From: Trichoplax adhaerens
Taxonomy: Eukaryota; Animalia; Placozoa
DNA length: 64,000 bases
NCBI RefSeq assembly: GCF_000150275.1
Contig: NW_002060945.1
Coordinates: 4,079,397 to 4,143,396, forward strand
Direction of reading: 5' to 3'
Position numbers and translations under genes: made by a program. The notes under the pieces were generated by a model that was not told where the DNA came from, did not search any database, and saw nothing but the letters and a program-made list of their open reading frames with translations. This document shows, piece after piece, positions 1-13,654 of this stretch (position 1 is its first letter; each line of letters starts with the position of its first letter).

Positions 1-647
1 CCGATAGCTTTCTTAAATATTCTAAAATATGCTTAACATAATTTTTGGTCCGATCTATTTCAGTTGAAAATTGTAAAGTATCATTCATTAATCCAGACAT
101 AGTTTAAAGCTATCCTAACTCTCAAAACACTTATATAGCTATATTATTAAAATGCTACATCCTGCTTTGTGCCTCATTTAGCAAAATCTGCGGTATTAAC
201 CATCTGCTATGTACAATAAAATGACATTGCAACGATTAACATGCAGATAATTAAATACCTTTAAAATTTCTATAGTTTTATCATAATTTCTATTATTAAA
301 TAAATTAATTTAACATATTATCATATGTTAATCCTGAAATGGCCCAGCACACTTTAAATCATGGTAATAAATAATAGAAAATATGTACAAATGGATAGAG
401 AAAATATTACTGCTTACACTACAGTGTAAAGTAAACTTAAAAGAGTACGTGACAATAAAAAATAGTAATATTCGTAAAAAGCATTAGTGCCTTTAGATAC
501 GCTAGGTAAAAATTAAAGTTGCCTTGTGCTTAATTCAATAATACTCCTAATCGATAATAATTGAATGAAGCAAACATTAATCTACAAGATTTCGTACTCA
601 TCAATATCAACAGAGCTTGATATTTAATCTTAACAAGAATAACTTGC

Positions 648-3520
648 CTGTAGAGCCGGCTGATGATGTTTTTTAAAGTGTAATTTTTTCAGCATCGTAA
701 CTTCTCAAAACTTCAATGCTTATGGTACCTCTGCTGCTAGTTTGAGTGAATCAGTTGACTGCAATTTGTTGTAAATAATAAATAGTATAAAAGTTAACGT
801 TTAAAAGGTTTAAATATTATTCGGATTTTAATTCTAGTAACTGACGTGGTAATAATTTCGAATTTAATTACTAAATATATATAAATTAAAATACAACATA
901 TGGTAGTACAAAAGTCTCGTTCGTAGCGTAAGCGGTCAAAGTGTATGATTAAAAATGAGCAAATTTTGCTAAAGAAAGAATCACTGTACCGTAAAAGAAT
1001 AGTATATCCAAAATGAAAGGAAGGATATCGTGTTAAATGTAGCGTAGACAGTATTTATTGTAAATTCTAAAGCTAGGAAGGTGGCTATTATTTGGATCTA
1101 AATACATTTTGATTTCTTATTCATATCGGATGAAAAGAATCAGTACTTGTATTGTTTCTCAAAATATCCACAAATCAGCTAGAATATGAAGTAATTCAAT
1201 GAATTCACCATGCATCATCTACCAATTTATAACAGCCCTCTTAGATAGTTGACAGTTAAATCATTACAATGGACTATTTTCTGTACTCTGTATTTTGATT
1301 TTGATTTATATATTAGATGGTCGTTAAGGAGGAATGATAATATTATACGATTGCAAAGCCCATGAATATAATAGTATTTACAAACGCAATTATTCATTGC
1401 GCACGACGGCATCAATAACAATTTATGCTATCGTTAAGTTGTAATTAACTCACTGAGTAACTTAAATAAAGCTCAAAAAATTATTGTTCAACAGCATCGG
1501 GAAAATATGCATTATTATCGAGATTTAAAATCAAAAACTCTACACTCCAAATTTTGCATAAAGTCAATAGAAATTCTTTTTGTCGATCAAATTCAAAACT
1601 ATAATAAAAGTAGTACTTGAATAAAGGAATTTGCTTTTGTGCAGTATGTTTGTCTGTAAGCAAATACGGTAGCAGTAATTTTAAAATAAATACATACTGA
1701 ATTTATAGTTTATTGAAATAGAGTAGAAAATATACGTAAATTGAGGCACTTCAACTACTGTGATTACCGTATTCCCCCCCCCCCCTTACGATATACCGTA
1801 GGCTTCAGCATGGACTAATGCACGCGTATATTAGAGTAGCTAATATGATAAACATCAATTCCGTTTGCAAGAAAAATCAAAAATAGTCAAAAAACTTTAG
1901 ATTAGTACTAATGGGTGTCATAATTATAGTATATCGTTGAGAGTATGATATGTCGCTAGCCTGTGACAACAAAGACGATTGGCGATGGCGTTACTAAAAT
2001 ATCAAGCCCTCAGGCTTACAAGAGTGGAGTTTAGTTAATGTAATATAAGGCTCATCATTGACAGTAGTATCGGATAAGTCAAAGACTGAACATTTTCAGG
2101 GAATTATTCTTGATAGACATATTTTATCGTTTCCGCCGGTAACTGCCATTAGTCTATATTTATTGCTTATAAAACTCAGAAAGACTCTTTCTGATTGTAG
2201 ACAATATGCTTGACTTTATTTTAAGATATTCTTCTACATTCTCTATCTTATATAAAATGTTTATGGATACACTAATTTTAGATATAAAGAACTACAGTTA
2301 GAAAAGAATATAGCACGATAATAATTGAAATAAGCGGTAGGAGGAGTAAATAAGACTACTTGTTAGTAGTAGGTAACGTACATAGTACCGACCGATACGT
2401 GTTTCGAAAAGTGATATAATTTTGTCCCAACTTGAAAAACTGAATGTTAGCGAAGTTAATTTGATAGAATAGAAATCTTAAATGGGTTTATCTTTATTTA
2501 GAGACGTTAAATAGTTTAGAATAAAGGTAGAAGTAATTAGATTTAGTTTTCAATTCTCTTACAGCGTATGAAGTTTGGTCGTTACCTCGTGTTATGATCT
2601 TATAATAAACTCTACTGCAATTAGTTTCCATCACCATGACTAATGGAATATTGTCATCGATAAATACTAAGTAGGTGGAAGTATACGTTCTCAGGGAAAC
2701 ATTTCTTTTTTAGTGATTGGAAGAGAATTAGTCTACTATCTTTTCTTGCATATTGGAGAATTAAATACGACATTTATTCCTAATATAAAAAGTAAACTAG
2801 ATGGAAATCAATTATTCTACAACGAAATGATGACCAGTGTTAAAAGTCTGCAATTCGAAGAATACTCGTGTATGTAAGACTAAAAGACGTATCTGGATCC
2901 TATAACCTATAGCCATTCTAATGAATTGATATTATCTGTGGGTAAAGGCCATAAGAAACATTCCTTCGAAATTTCATCTATTAAAAGTTTGATATATGAA
3001 TTTATGATAAATTAGCAGTTATTTGTCTTTAGTTGCTCCTACGAGACCCGGTAAAAGAAGGCGAAATCTGGATAACTAAAATTAATAAACTATATTTCTA
3101 ACATGAATTAATGACACTTTACTAAAAGCATCATGACTAACATAAACTAGGAACGTAAATTAAACTTAATCTCCTATAAGATAAAACGTAATATTCGTAT
3201 TTCCTTCTGGAACGGGACGCCTCACTATAGTATGAGAAACTGCTATCCAAAAGACGCAAGTAGCAATCTAGTTTAGAACGAAAATTGAATTTGCTTCCGT
3301 CTCAGCCTTTTTGGGCTACTTTGCTGAAGCAGTAAGTAATCGTGATAAAAAAGATCAATCTATTGGACGAATTAGATACATATACATACTTATACATAAC
3401 ATAATATTAATTAATTCTCACCCATTTAGCTTATCATTGAGAATAGCTCTTACCTGAAGTCTTTTTTGGGCGGAACGATGAATTTATCGTCGAGTATCAA
3501 TCAAATCGAGGATATTGCTA
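648..3520 (-). other. Probable 5' part of a minus-strand gene running off the left edge (UTR exon ending at 3454; exon 648-758 with possible start MLKKLHFKKHHQPALQ)
   Basis: Strong donor CAG|gtaag at 3454/3453. Exon-like segment ttgcag|...CAG|gcaagt at 758-648, with an ATG at 695 open to a GC donor. No homology recognised; left/right limits approximate. Confidence 0.3.
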
Positions 3521-5559
3521 CTTATCAACTGCAATTAATAAGGGCCAATTCACTGTAGGTGTAAAGCACTGCACCTAGACTCTCGCTTAATATGTATACC
3601 ACTAATTTCAAAATGAGAATAAATTTTCACCTTCAAGACAATTAACTTGGAAATGCAATCATTTGCGTCATTGATGACATAATAAAATCAGAAAAATTTC
3701 TCTCGGACTATAGACGAACACAATGCACAAGAGCAAAATTAACTGTTCTCACAGTAACCATCAGTTACGTTACTGTATGACGGTCGTAACAAAATCTAAC
3801 CATAGACAAGCAATTATATAATTTCAGTAGACCAATGATTACGCAATTAAGGTGGCCAGTATTGTGGTGACTAATGATGTATTTTTCGGAAGACTATAAT
3901 ACCATACATCTTATGTCCTAGTCTGCGACATAATCCTAACCGACAGGGTATTTCAAGCATTGTTTGAATTAGACATGACATGGGATATAAGAATAACAAT
4001 AACAAGGTCCTTATAGTTTGCAAAAATTATTCCCTATAATGTTTTATACTGCTACACAGACAGTATTAACACCTAACCTTAGTTTATGAGCCGGAAGGTC
4101 AAGCTGGTAGACCAATATTTTAGCTTATTGACGTGAAACAGACAAATACAGTATAATAAAATTCGAGGTAGATATTCCTAATATTTATTTTCGTTTTGAT
4201 TAATCTCTAAATGATTTTAGGAGGGTAAATTTTGAACCAAGATTATTATCGTATATACATTCAAATTGCCAATTATGGCATTCTGAAAAGTTATTTCATT
4301 CGTTTCTTATTAATATGGATATGTACTCGTATATTACTGAACCAAAATATTCGTTGGATTCTAGATATACTAAGCAAAATATTTTATTTCTCAGCTGTAT
4401 TGAATGATGCAACTACTGTAAATTCATTATGATTGAAGAGCACAGGGTGAGAGAAAACAATTAAATCCAGTAGTTTTTAAAGCTACTTAACTAAATTTCA
4501 CATGATCGGTAGTAGCCACAAAGAACTGCGCATAACAATAGATTTTATATTCGCAGAAGTGAGTTAAAAATTAAATCTTGTACTTAGTTTAAATTTAATA
4601 TTGCCAACAAGCATAAATTGGTAGACCCTATAATTTTCTCTTCATTTTATTACTAAATACTTTATTAACTACAGTAGAATAATTCGGACAAAATATAGTA
4701 CTGTCTTTCATATATATATTTACAATAATATTCGTTCTTGTGTTAACACTGCCAGGAATATAATTATGTAAAAATGATAGCATAAAATTTTAAGGAGAAA
4801 TTAAGTATCTTTTTAACACCTCAGGCTCAATACGAAAATTAAAAAGGCGAAGCACCGGGCCTTTCAACGAAAACCAAGTACAATTACAATCGATAAGATT
4901 GTAATATTGACGTCGCCTAGGAAAATAAATATACAATGTATTAAGACAATCCAAAAAGACAACATAGATATGCTGCTACTTTCATATATCGTATGAATAA
5001 GATTTCCCCGAGGTTAGGGCAAAATTGTTCCGAATTAGATACAATATACAGTAGAACAATTGCATACGAAATGATGAATTGGAGTAATACCGTGACATCC
5101 ACAGTTCGTTACACGTATACATGTACGCAGAATTATAGTGACTATTCTTGCTAAGCAAGATCAGTTCTACAAGATTGGAAAGTAACTTACTGTATAACAA
5201 AAAACATCAAAACTGCTGTCCAGTCAAGTTCGGTTATAAATTTTTAACATATGGCAATAACCAATTATAATTAGCAAGCATACAACGTTGTAAGCTAACA
5301 TAGGCAAATTTAAATCACCCAGTCATGTAGTGTAACTAAGATTCTCTAACAGTAACGGCATTATTAGGACCAAAAGTAGTCATTACATGCATATCCACAA
5401 AACAACATATTATAGAACATACTTTATCTGTATGCATACACGCATACGTGTATTATAGTTAAAAATCAAATAAAAATCAATAAGAACTTAGAATACCATC
5501 TATTCTTACTATATATTGCACATTGTTAATACTGTGCTATCTCCGTATCATTTCATAAT

Positions 5560-8500
5560 TTAAACTTCTACCTCTTCGGAATAACTAACCGCAGGAACAG
5601 ATTTAGATTTTTCTTGTTGAAACTGAAACATTCCCTTTGTATTGGATAAAGTTAAGTTAATATTATCAACAGATACAGCCGCATGTTTATCTCTCCGCGT
5701 AACCTTCTCTTCTTTAGTGACAGGGAATGATTGTCGAGTTACACGTAACTCCTCTACAGATTTTGCTTTTATTGGATAAGTCTTGTCAGCATTTAACAAA
5801 TCTAACGATTTACTAAATGCTGCAGATGTACTAAGGTTGCCACTTTTTTTGGTGGCGCTGCCAGTTCCATCACTAGCTTTATCTTTAATTGGCGTCAGTT
5901 TCCTTAAAGCTGTTTCAGGATTGTGCGATATATCTACGTAATTTAACGCTATCATTATAATTAGGAAGCTAAATGTTGTAAGTAATTTAATTTCAGTAAA
6001 AAATATGCTCAATTGCAAATATTGTCTAACCACTACTTTGAGTCGGCTCAAGTGACACTGATTCATTCAATACATGTAGTGCAGCATTGGTTACCTAGAA
6101 GATACGTTGGATTTGAGTAAAGTGTTATTATAAACAAAGTAAAGCAATCAAATGACGAAAGCTAACCAATAAAGTGTCAATCATGAGATCCATTGAAGCA
6201 CGATAATGGACACATTTTAGTGCGCGTTTTGCTATTTCTTCATGGCCATTATGCCTAAAATTGAGTAGTAAACTCACTGTCTGTATCACTCCGAACTAGA
6301 TCTTGTTGCATAATGAAGTATACTTACATTATGTACAATAATCCGGCCACCATATTATTAATTACTGCAGAATTAAGACATATTCTAGGCAGTTTATCCA
6401 AAGCTGCTCCATTATCACCATCTTTACGGCTTAAATTATAGCGATTGCGATCGCAGTCATTTTCAAATCCACAGTTTGCAATCCTGAAAGTAGGAATATT
6501 AAAATAATAAGCTTGCGTTTGGCAAATTCTTTCGATACTGTATATTTCATAGCTATTTACCTAGAGCACATTTGACAAAAGCTTGTATGGGAGTATTCCG
6601 GTAGCTCGGAAATGATTTCGTTGTAAATGCTGATAATCACGTATATTATCGAATTTCTACAGCGTATAATGCAGTTATTGAGAAAATAATCAGTCTCTGT
6701 TGTTCTAAACTAATTGCAAGCAGACAGAGTATGATAATAACTATCAAGTACCTATTAGATGCATTTAACTGATCATAAATGCTATAAGGACCAGCACTGG
6801 CTACCGCAGCATGATTCCTATCGTGCTTTCGAAGAGCTGATTGAGTAAGAGCAGTTACCTTATCAATGGTAGACTAGAAAACATAGGATTAGAAATTAAT
6901 TAACGTTCTGAAGATAGTTTGTCATACTGTCACAACATTACGATTGGTAACACTTATCCATATTATCTACTTTTACTAACAGTAAATACTTTATAATACG
7001 AGAACTAAGGGAAGTAAACATTGGTTATAAATATGTTGGTAAGACAGTCGTATTGAAAAAGTCGCTCGCTTATCATGTCTTAATTACAAATTTGAAACTA
7101 AAAGCGCAATCAGTCGACAGTAACTTTCATCTTGTGCAGCTCTATAATTACCTGATTATAAATGGATGGATGACTGACAGAGGGCATTTTAAATAACTTA
7201 CACGAAGGTTCTCCTTTGTGATCTAGAACGGCCTAGTTCAATGTAGAACAATCAATCGTCACAGTAGTATAAGCAATCAACCATGCATGTAATATTAGGC
7301 CAGTAATGCACTTACATCATTATATATCTTAAGCAGACATGGTGTTATGTAACTTTGTTCTGTGCTCTGGAGAGCAACCGACACAAGGTAATTCCAGATA
7401 ATACCAGGTACGAATTGAATAACAGCCGGTAAATAGTTCGCGGTTTGTTTACTACTACAGGCTGATGCAAGTAACTTATAGATTTGGCAATTGATCTGGA
7501 GATAATGAATGCAATGGATAATATGTATATAAATGGCTAAGGTTGATATAGACGAATCAACTCACGACAATCAAAAATCTTAAGTTATTAAAAATCATTT
7601 GAAAAAGCTTTACAATGATTAAACGACTTGCTCTATAACTCTTTATAGTTTAACCCATTGGTAGATAGTATAAAACTAGCGGTACCAGAGATACTGGTAA
7701 CTCTACGTATACTGCATAAAAGACGAAACAGGAGAAGCTATAAAAGTCGAATGGCGCATCAAAAAGCGTTCGATAACTTTTGACACCTAAAATTAAAGTG
7801 TGCCTAGCGTACCAATTATACCGTGCAATTTTTAAAATGATTAGAATGCCAACCTCAGATTTTCCAGATGTCCTTAAAGTATTTAATTCCAAGTTGATTG
7901 CACTGCTTAATGGAGAATTTGGTTTCAAATGTCGTAAAACGTTTGCGGTATCATTCGCAGAAGCCTGTAAAATATTCATCAATCTATAATATCATATACG
8001 TACGTATATGCAAATATACATCAAACAACAATATCATCATAGTCCTGGTAAGATCAGAGTTTACTGTATAAAATAAAATGAAAGAGTACATGTGCATCAA
8101 CTAGGTCAGTTTTTTGGACATGATCCTACTTTCAATACTGTAGAAGCCTGTAAAATATTCATCAATCTATAATATCTAATATCATATACGTACGTATATG
8201 CAAATATACATCAAACAACAATATCATCATAGTCCTGGTAAGATCAGGGTTTACTGTGTAAAATAAAATGAAAGAGTACATGTGCATCAACTAGGTCAGT
8301 TTTTTGGACATGATCTTACTTTGAATACTGTAGAATAATACAGAAAAACTAAATACTTTGTTTGTGCGAGGCTTATATACGTATTTGGTACCATGTAAAA
8401 TTCTCAATGTTGCGCCACTGTGATAATTAATCAATTAGGATATTAATTACATACTATCACGTTAAAGAACTCAAAGATCTGAAATATTCAAGATGACGTT

Positions 8501-9190
8501 GTCACTTATCGTTTCGATGTGACTGTCGCAACTATCAAGTTTCAAATAAATTTTTACATTGGTCAAAATTCTCAAGACACAGTCGCATCTTCATGCGGTA
8601 AAAAGTACACTCTACAGTCTATTAATATAGACAGTACTACATTAGATTACGGGGTCGTGTCGCACTATCTCGCATACAATAATTATACATACGTGTAGGT
8701 TCTTTTAATTAATTCATTGAATATATCTATTTGATATTACAGTAAAACATCTACACTAATATGATGCGAAGTAAAATAGAGTTGCACAATCTACACCATA
8801 GAGTAAGACCCATTTAAATGTGAGTTTTAACACTCTTATTACAAGCAAGTCTAGTATTGACGCAACATTGTCATACTCTAGTAATATAACATAAAATACG
8901 AGTAATCACAGCAAGTACAAATATCTTCGTGGCCAAAATCGATTGCTATTACTATTCATAAGTCGTAGCGTATAGGTGGCGAGACCTAATTACCTTCACG
9001 ACCCTGAACAATAATATACAGTAATCTTGTGACTAATCGCGATCGTAGACTCCGTGGATTAATTAACGTATGGACTCAACTCAATTCAATCGTGTAATAA
9101 TCTTTAGTAAAGGATCAAGATCGATCTACATCCAGAGAGAGAACTTACAGATAGTTGCTGAAGCGTTTGCTGTAGTTCTTCCGGTGTCAT
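5560..9190 (-). CDS. FAM126A: Hyccin / FAM126 family, PI4KA complex subunit (multi-exon, ~9 exons)
   Basis: Spliced translation: MTPEELQQTLQQLS|ASANDTAN...|...IQFVPGIIWNYLVS...CLLKIYND|AVLDHKGEPSCKLFKMPSVSHPSIYNQ|...TALTQSALRKH...GPYSIYDQLNASNR. Matches hyccin motifs (LQFLPELIWxYL, IPSLSKPSVYHE, ALTESAL, LTAQNR). Last exon is the distal part of ORF 5560..6066. Confidence 0.88.
7959..8335. repeat. Recent tandem duplication, 2 copies of ~183-190 bp, in Hyccin intron 1
   Basis: Copy 1 7959-8141, copy 2 8142-8335. They differ by a 7-bp insertion and about 4 substitutions. Confidence 0.95.
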
Positions 9191-9429
9191 ATTTCAAATT
9201 TTGACTTTTCTACCCACCACCATTTGGCTTCTAAAACAAGAAGTAGCTGTTGACTAACAAATTCCAGGCTAGCTAGTGTTGATCGTAAGCAACAAATCAC
9301 TTTGCAAAAGCACTCTATTGTACTCGTATCGATGCTCAGCCACGGACTACTGGAAGAAGCCCCTGACAGTAAGAGTCTTGCTATGGCGTGGCGCCATCAA
9401 GATGGAAGTCTAATCAATTTTTATTACTC

Positions 9430-9660
9430 TTAATTAATTAATTAATTAATCCTTGGCTGTACTGTACAGTGTACAGTAAAGTAAGTACTGTACACTGTGT
9501 CCAGTACTTAAAGGGTCTGGTGAACTGTACAGTACAGTGTACTGTACAGTACCGTCAGTGATAAAAAAAACGTTTGGACTACAGTACTGTACTACTCTAC
9601 AGTACAGTATACTGTACTGTCCAGTGTACAGTATGTACTGTAGAAGTGCTGTCCCACATT
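9430..9660. promoter_or_regulatory. Bidirectional promoter region (Hyccin/MRPL10) with (TTAA)n and a TACAGTAC-rich island
   Basis: Lies between divergent ATGs at 9190 and 9813; dense overlapping TACAGTA/TACTGTA/GTAC words. Confidence 0.6.
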
Positions 9661-9812
9661 GAACCGAAATTGGACCGGTTCGAACCAGACCGTTCTCAGG
9701 TCTAAGTAACAGTATCTGGATTACTCTGGATAGCTCACCCAGCCTAGCCTGGCCAGCATTGAGCTTTTGCAGTGCATTGCCGTTTACCAGCAACCTCTGG
9801 ATCGCATCCAAG

Positions 9813-11821
9813 ATGTCGTCACTAGTTCCGGCAAGAATCGGTAAGTCAGTGCTCATTGTTAGCAATTCTAAAACTCTCTAACTGCAAATACTCCTTACTC
9901 CAATGGGTCATGCTTATGATAATAATATTTTTCATATGTGTACTGTGTAAGATAAATTGAGTAATAATCGTAGCGTTGTTATGATCACGCGGTAATTTGC
10001 AATCTTTAATGCGTGTCGATGTCGGTGCAATATTTTACAAGGACGCTTGAATTCTCAGAATCACACTATTATTATGAATCTATCTGTAAAGTGCTATTAA
10101 TAACTGTAATATTATTTTATTATCATCGTTCTACAACCGATAGAATTAAATTTATTAAATGATTGTCAATAGAGCCGTGAAATGGCTAATAATTCTTGAA
10201 GAAGAATACTCTACCGAATGAGTGCATTGCATCGGAGTCATAGTATCGCTCTGAACTTCGACTAGTGTTTTACGATACAACTACTGCAGATCTTATAATG
10301 GCGATTGTGATCATAATCAACTGAGATTTTACTTCAAAATATGACGCATAGTAAGCTGAGTAATAATCCATTTGCTCGTATCATCATATTATAGTCATTT
10401 GTCTTGTTAACAGTTGTATCCATTCATAAGAACCAGATCTATTGGAACTCTTATGCCATTGCTGCAATTATTAATTGTAAATTCGTGACTTTGCATCCTC
10501 AGGTCTTATTTTAACCTTATTTGCAACACTATAGTTCGTAAAGCTACAATAAGAAAGTATTTTCCGAAAGCTCGCAAACCGTCAAGACCTCCGAAACCGG
10601 ATGTTACTTGTGCTATTAACAAGCGTGCAAAGCAAGCCCAAAATGTTCAACGTGAGGTAAGTGATCTTTTCATGGTTGCATTTAATTTTCGTTCAAATTC
10701 AATAAAAAGCTAGGGCTGTAACCGTACGTTTTAGGTAAAGCTATCCATTTCGTGAAAAATTATATTAAAATAGCAGGTTTGCAGTATCAGTTTGCTAAAT
10801 GTCAATCGGTAATTATAATCATTGTTCAATACTTATTCCGAAGTAAACAAACTGGACTAGCTAGCCTTAGCGGTACCATGGACTACTTAGAAATTAGATC
10901 TATAAACCGACACCAGTTTAATTGACATGAAAATTAAACGATTACTTACAATGCGTGACTTTAAGATTGGTCGTTTAGGAAACACTTTCTGATGCATCTG
11001 GAAATCTACATACTTCAGTTATTTTCTACAAATTTACATCATAGCCAGTATTAGGAACCAATACAGCATAAAATAAGCGATAGTTTAATGTAGGTACTAT
11101 TGCTAAATCTTTGTACACAATTGGAGATGCAATTATGTTGCATTAGTATGATGAAATAATCTGATATATCACTTACAGTTCTTCCTGCAAGTACAACATA
11201 CTAAGTGTGATGTAGCGTATCATCCACTTGTACAAATAAATGTATAGTAAATAGAAATATTATTGTAACTAAATGAAATGCGGCATGAGCTAATTGCTAT
11301 ATCTTTTACAGCCGAAACTTAGGAAACAAATCATATTTAAGGAAATCCGAGAGATACTAGATGTAAATAAAATGGTGACCGCATTTCATTACAATGACGG
11401 TATCACATCTGCAGAGTGGGAAGAATTGCGTTATATCTTGCGACAGAAAGGAATCACAATGAAAATTGTACCCAACAAGCTTACCCAGAAATCTTTAGAA
11501 GATACTCCTTATGTGAATATGCAGCCTTTATTTGTTAGTTCTACTGGTATATTCTATAGTCAAGAGCCAAGCACTGTAACCGATATGATCAAAATTTTAT
11601 CTAAGTTTCCCAAAATTGAGATCCTAGGCGGTAAATTTGAGAATCGATTGTTAGCAAAATCTGGAATCTTAGATTATGCTCAGCTACCTAGTATCGATGT
11701 TCTTCGCAGTCAATTTTGTCAGTTACTGATACAAACTGCATCTAGAACCTCGTCTTTATTAGGTGGTAATCAAGCACGTTTATCCTCGCTACTAACACAA
11801 CACTTAAAGGAAAAGAGCTAG
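9813..11821 (+). CDS. MRPL10: Mitochondrial ribosomal protein uL10m (exons 9813-9840, 10535-10656, 11312-11821)
   Basis: Phase-consistent GT-AG splicing gives a basic presequence MSSLVPARIVRKATIRKYFPK..., followed by an L10 domain (LRYILRQKGITMKIVPNKL...ILGGKFENRLL...YAQLPSIDVLRSQ). Confidence 0.9.
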
Positions 11822-12734
11822 CTTTTAATATGGAACTGTAACATAATTTCTAGCAATCACCATTACTTATCTATATGATATATGCAAATCCTTACAGAAT
11901 TCTGCTCCACTACTGTACAGCTTTCACATGATAGCGCTATTTTTCTGCGAATGTAAATCAACTATAATGCTGTAATAAACCTTGTATGAAACCGTGATAA
12001 TGATTTCTCTTATCTACTGCATATGATGATATCCTCTCATACAATAAAGAATAGTTGTATTCTAGCTGGTCAAAGCAAAATTGTAGACATCGATCGACAA
12101 CTACCTGTTCAATGGAAATGGTAGAATAGTAACTAAAGATCAGCACTAGAATTTTGTTTTAAGGGCACTACAATGTACGTCATTCTACAGTAATTTATAG
12201 TAATCTACAAGGCAGATTTGCTGGTAAGAAGATTGAACTATAGACCTATTGCATTGCCTTCTTGCGTTATCATCTCAGTCGTGATAGTTAAAACGCCGCC
12301 TAAACCGCATACCATCAACTGTACCTTTAATAGTCTTATATCGCGCTAGCGGACTTTTATTCACTTGAATTATAAAAGCGATAGAATTTTTTCATTATAC
12401 ATTATCATTTTATACCTTATATGCTAACATGCAGGTATTTCTATACAACATAGAATTTAAAAACTGTGCTATAAGTGGTACAGTTGGTACGATCATGGTA
12501 CAAAACTCACAGCAGAGTTGTATTTAGGCATAACAATGGAAAAGATTATTTCATGGTCTCAAAATTAGTTTCCTCAACAGCTTCAACTATATTATATACA
12601 GTAGATAAATCGCCGAAAAATTATCCTTCAAGTTATCACAATAGATTAAAGGATAAGATTTAAAGAAATCATTTGAGAGACAATAAGAAAGAACGTGAGG
12701 TATATAAGTTGTTGAATTCCAATATTGAGTGATT

Positions 12735-12977
12735 CTAATGCTTGTGGTCGTGGGACTGGTGGCTGTTATGGTGGTGACCATGATCTTCAGGCTTTGCGTA
12801 GAAATGCTCAATCCCACACGCTATGACAAAAGCGCCCAAACCCCATAGAAAACCTGGAAAGACCTTACGAAATGAAGCTGCTTTATTATAACGTGGATCG
12901 TATCGCCAAGCCTCAAATCTGGCCCATGGATCTTTTAAAGTTTTTTTTAATGCCTTGTATTCTGGCTTCGTAGACAT
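12735..12977 (-). CDS. NDUFB3: NADH:ubiquinone oxidoreductase subunit B3 (B12), single coding exon
   Basis: LKDPWARFEAWRY motif, FPGFLWGLGAFVIA transmembrane helix, His-rich tail. Confidence 0.95.
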   Translation of the reverse strand: MSTKPEYKALKKTLKDPWARFEAWRYDPRYNKAASFRKVFPGFLWGLGAFVIACGIEHFYAKPEDHGHHHNSHQSHDHKH

Positions 12978-13109
12978 CGCTATTTGGACAAGAAATTTTT
13001 AAATTTATTTATAATCAACAGCTGCCAGTGGTTCCTGTGATCGTGGCCACTCCAATGATATTTTCTTCTACTGATCCCATCGGAAAAACGGATGCGCTTT
13101 CACCACTCA

Positions 13110-13335
13110 TAGTACCGTACCGTCCCCTATACAGTACAGTAGTATACTGCACATGCACGTACTGTACTGTACAGTACATGTACTGTACTGGTACCGTGGT
13201 CAAAACTGTTATTTCTGTACTGAACAATGAGTGGACACTGTACTGTACACTGTACAGTACAGTCTAAGCATTCTAGGCCACCTTACTTTCTAGTACGCGC
13301 ATGTGCATAATATTATCGAGTACGCGCATGTGTGT
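13110..13335. promoter_or_regulatory. NDUFB3 upstream region: TACAGTAC island plus two NRF-1-like sites
   Basis: GTAC-word cluster 13110-13262. Direct repeat AGTACGCGCATGTG at 13292-13305 and 13319-13332. Confidence 0.55.
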
Positions 13336-13654
13336 CAGCATAGCATGTTAAAGTACCGTGTAGCATGGACTGTAATCATCATTTGATTTGTTACAGCAGT
13401 GTGACTGTGTGACGCATGACCAGTTGATTACAATATTATGGCTGTATGAGACACTACTGTACTAAAAAGAGAGTGGACAGGAAACGGTCCTTCCGTACGT
13501 ACTGTACGTTCTGTGTACCTATACTAAAAATGTGAGACGACTATTGTGGTGGTCATTTGAATGGAAACACAGAGTATACATAAAATCCAAGAATTTAGTT
13601 TTATTGAAAGATATATATATTGATTATTTTACAAATTTAAAATTTACTGTAGTT

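Noticed and set aside
1774-1785. C12 homopolymer in AT-rich DNA
   Set aside because: Isolated run with no supporting structure; probably slippage.
9446-9865. 139-aa ORF and similar YCTVQY-rich ORFs (13015..13267, 26443..26690, 28605..28808, 48463..48759)
   Set aside because: Translation artefacts of the TACAGTAC promoter islands. The shared peptide motifs come from the DNA word, not from a protein family.
10503-10534. Apparent acceptor cctcag| for MRPL10 exon 2, suggesting a frameshift or pseudogene
   Set aside because: The downstream acceptor actatag|10535 restores phase with exon 1 and gives an intact CDS.
9457-13262. 22-bp inverted repeat flanking MRPL10 and NDUFB3 as possible transposon TIRs
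   Set aside because: Low-complexity island sequence, no target-site duplication or transposase, and it encloses essential housekeeping genes.
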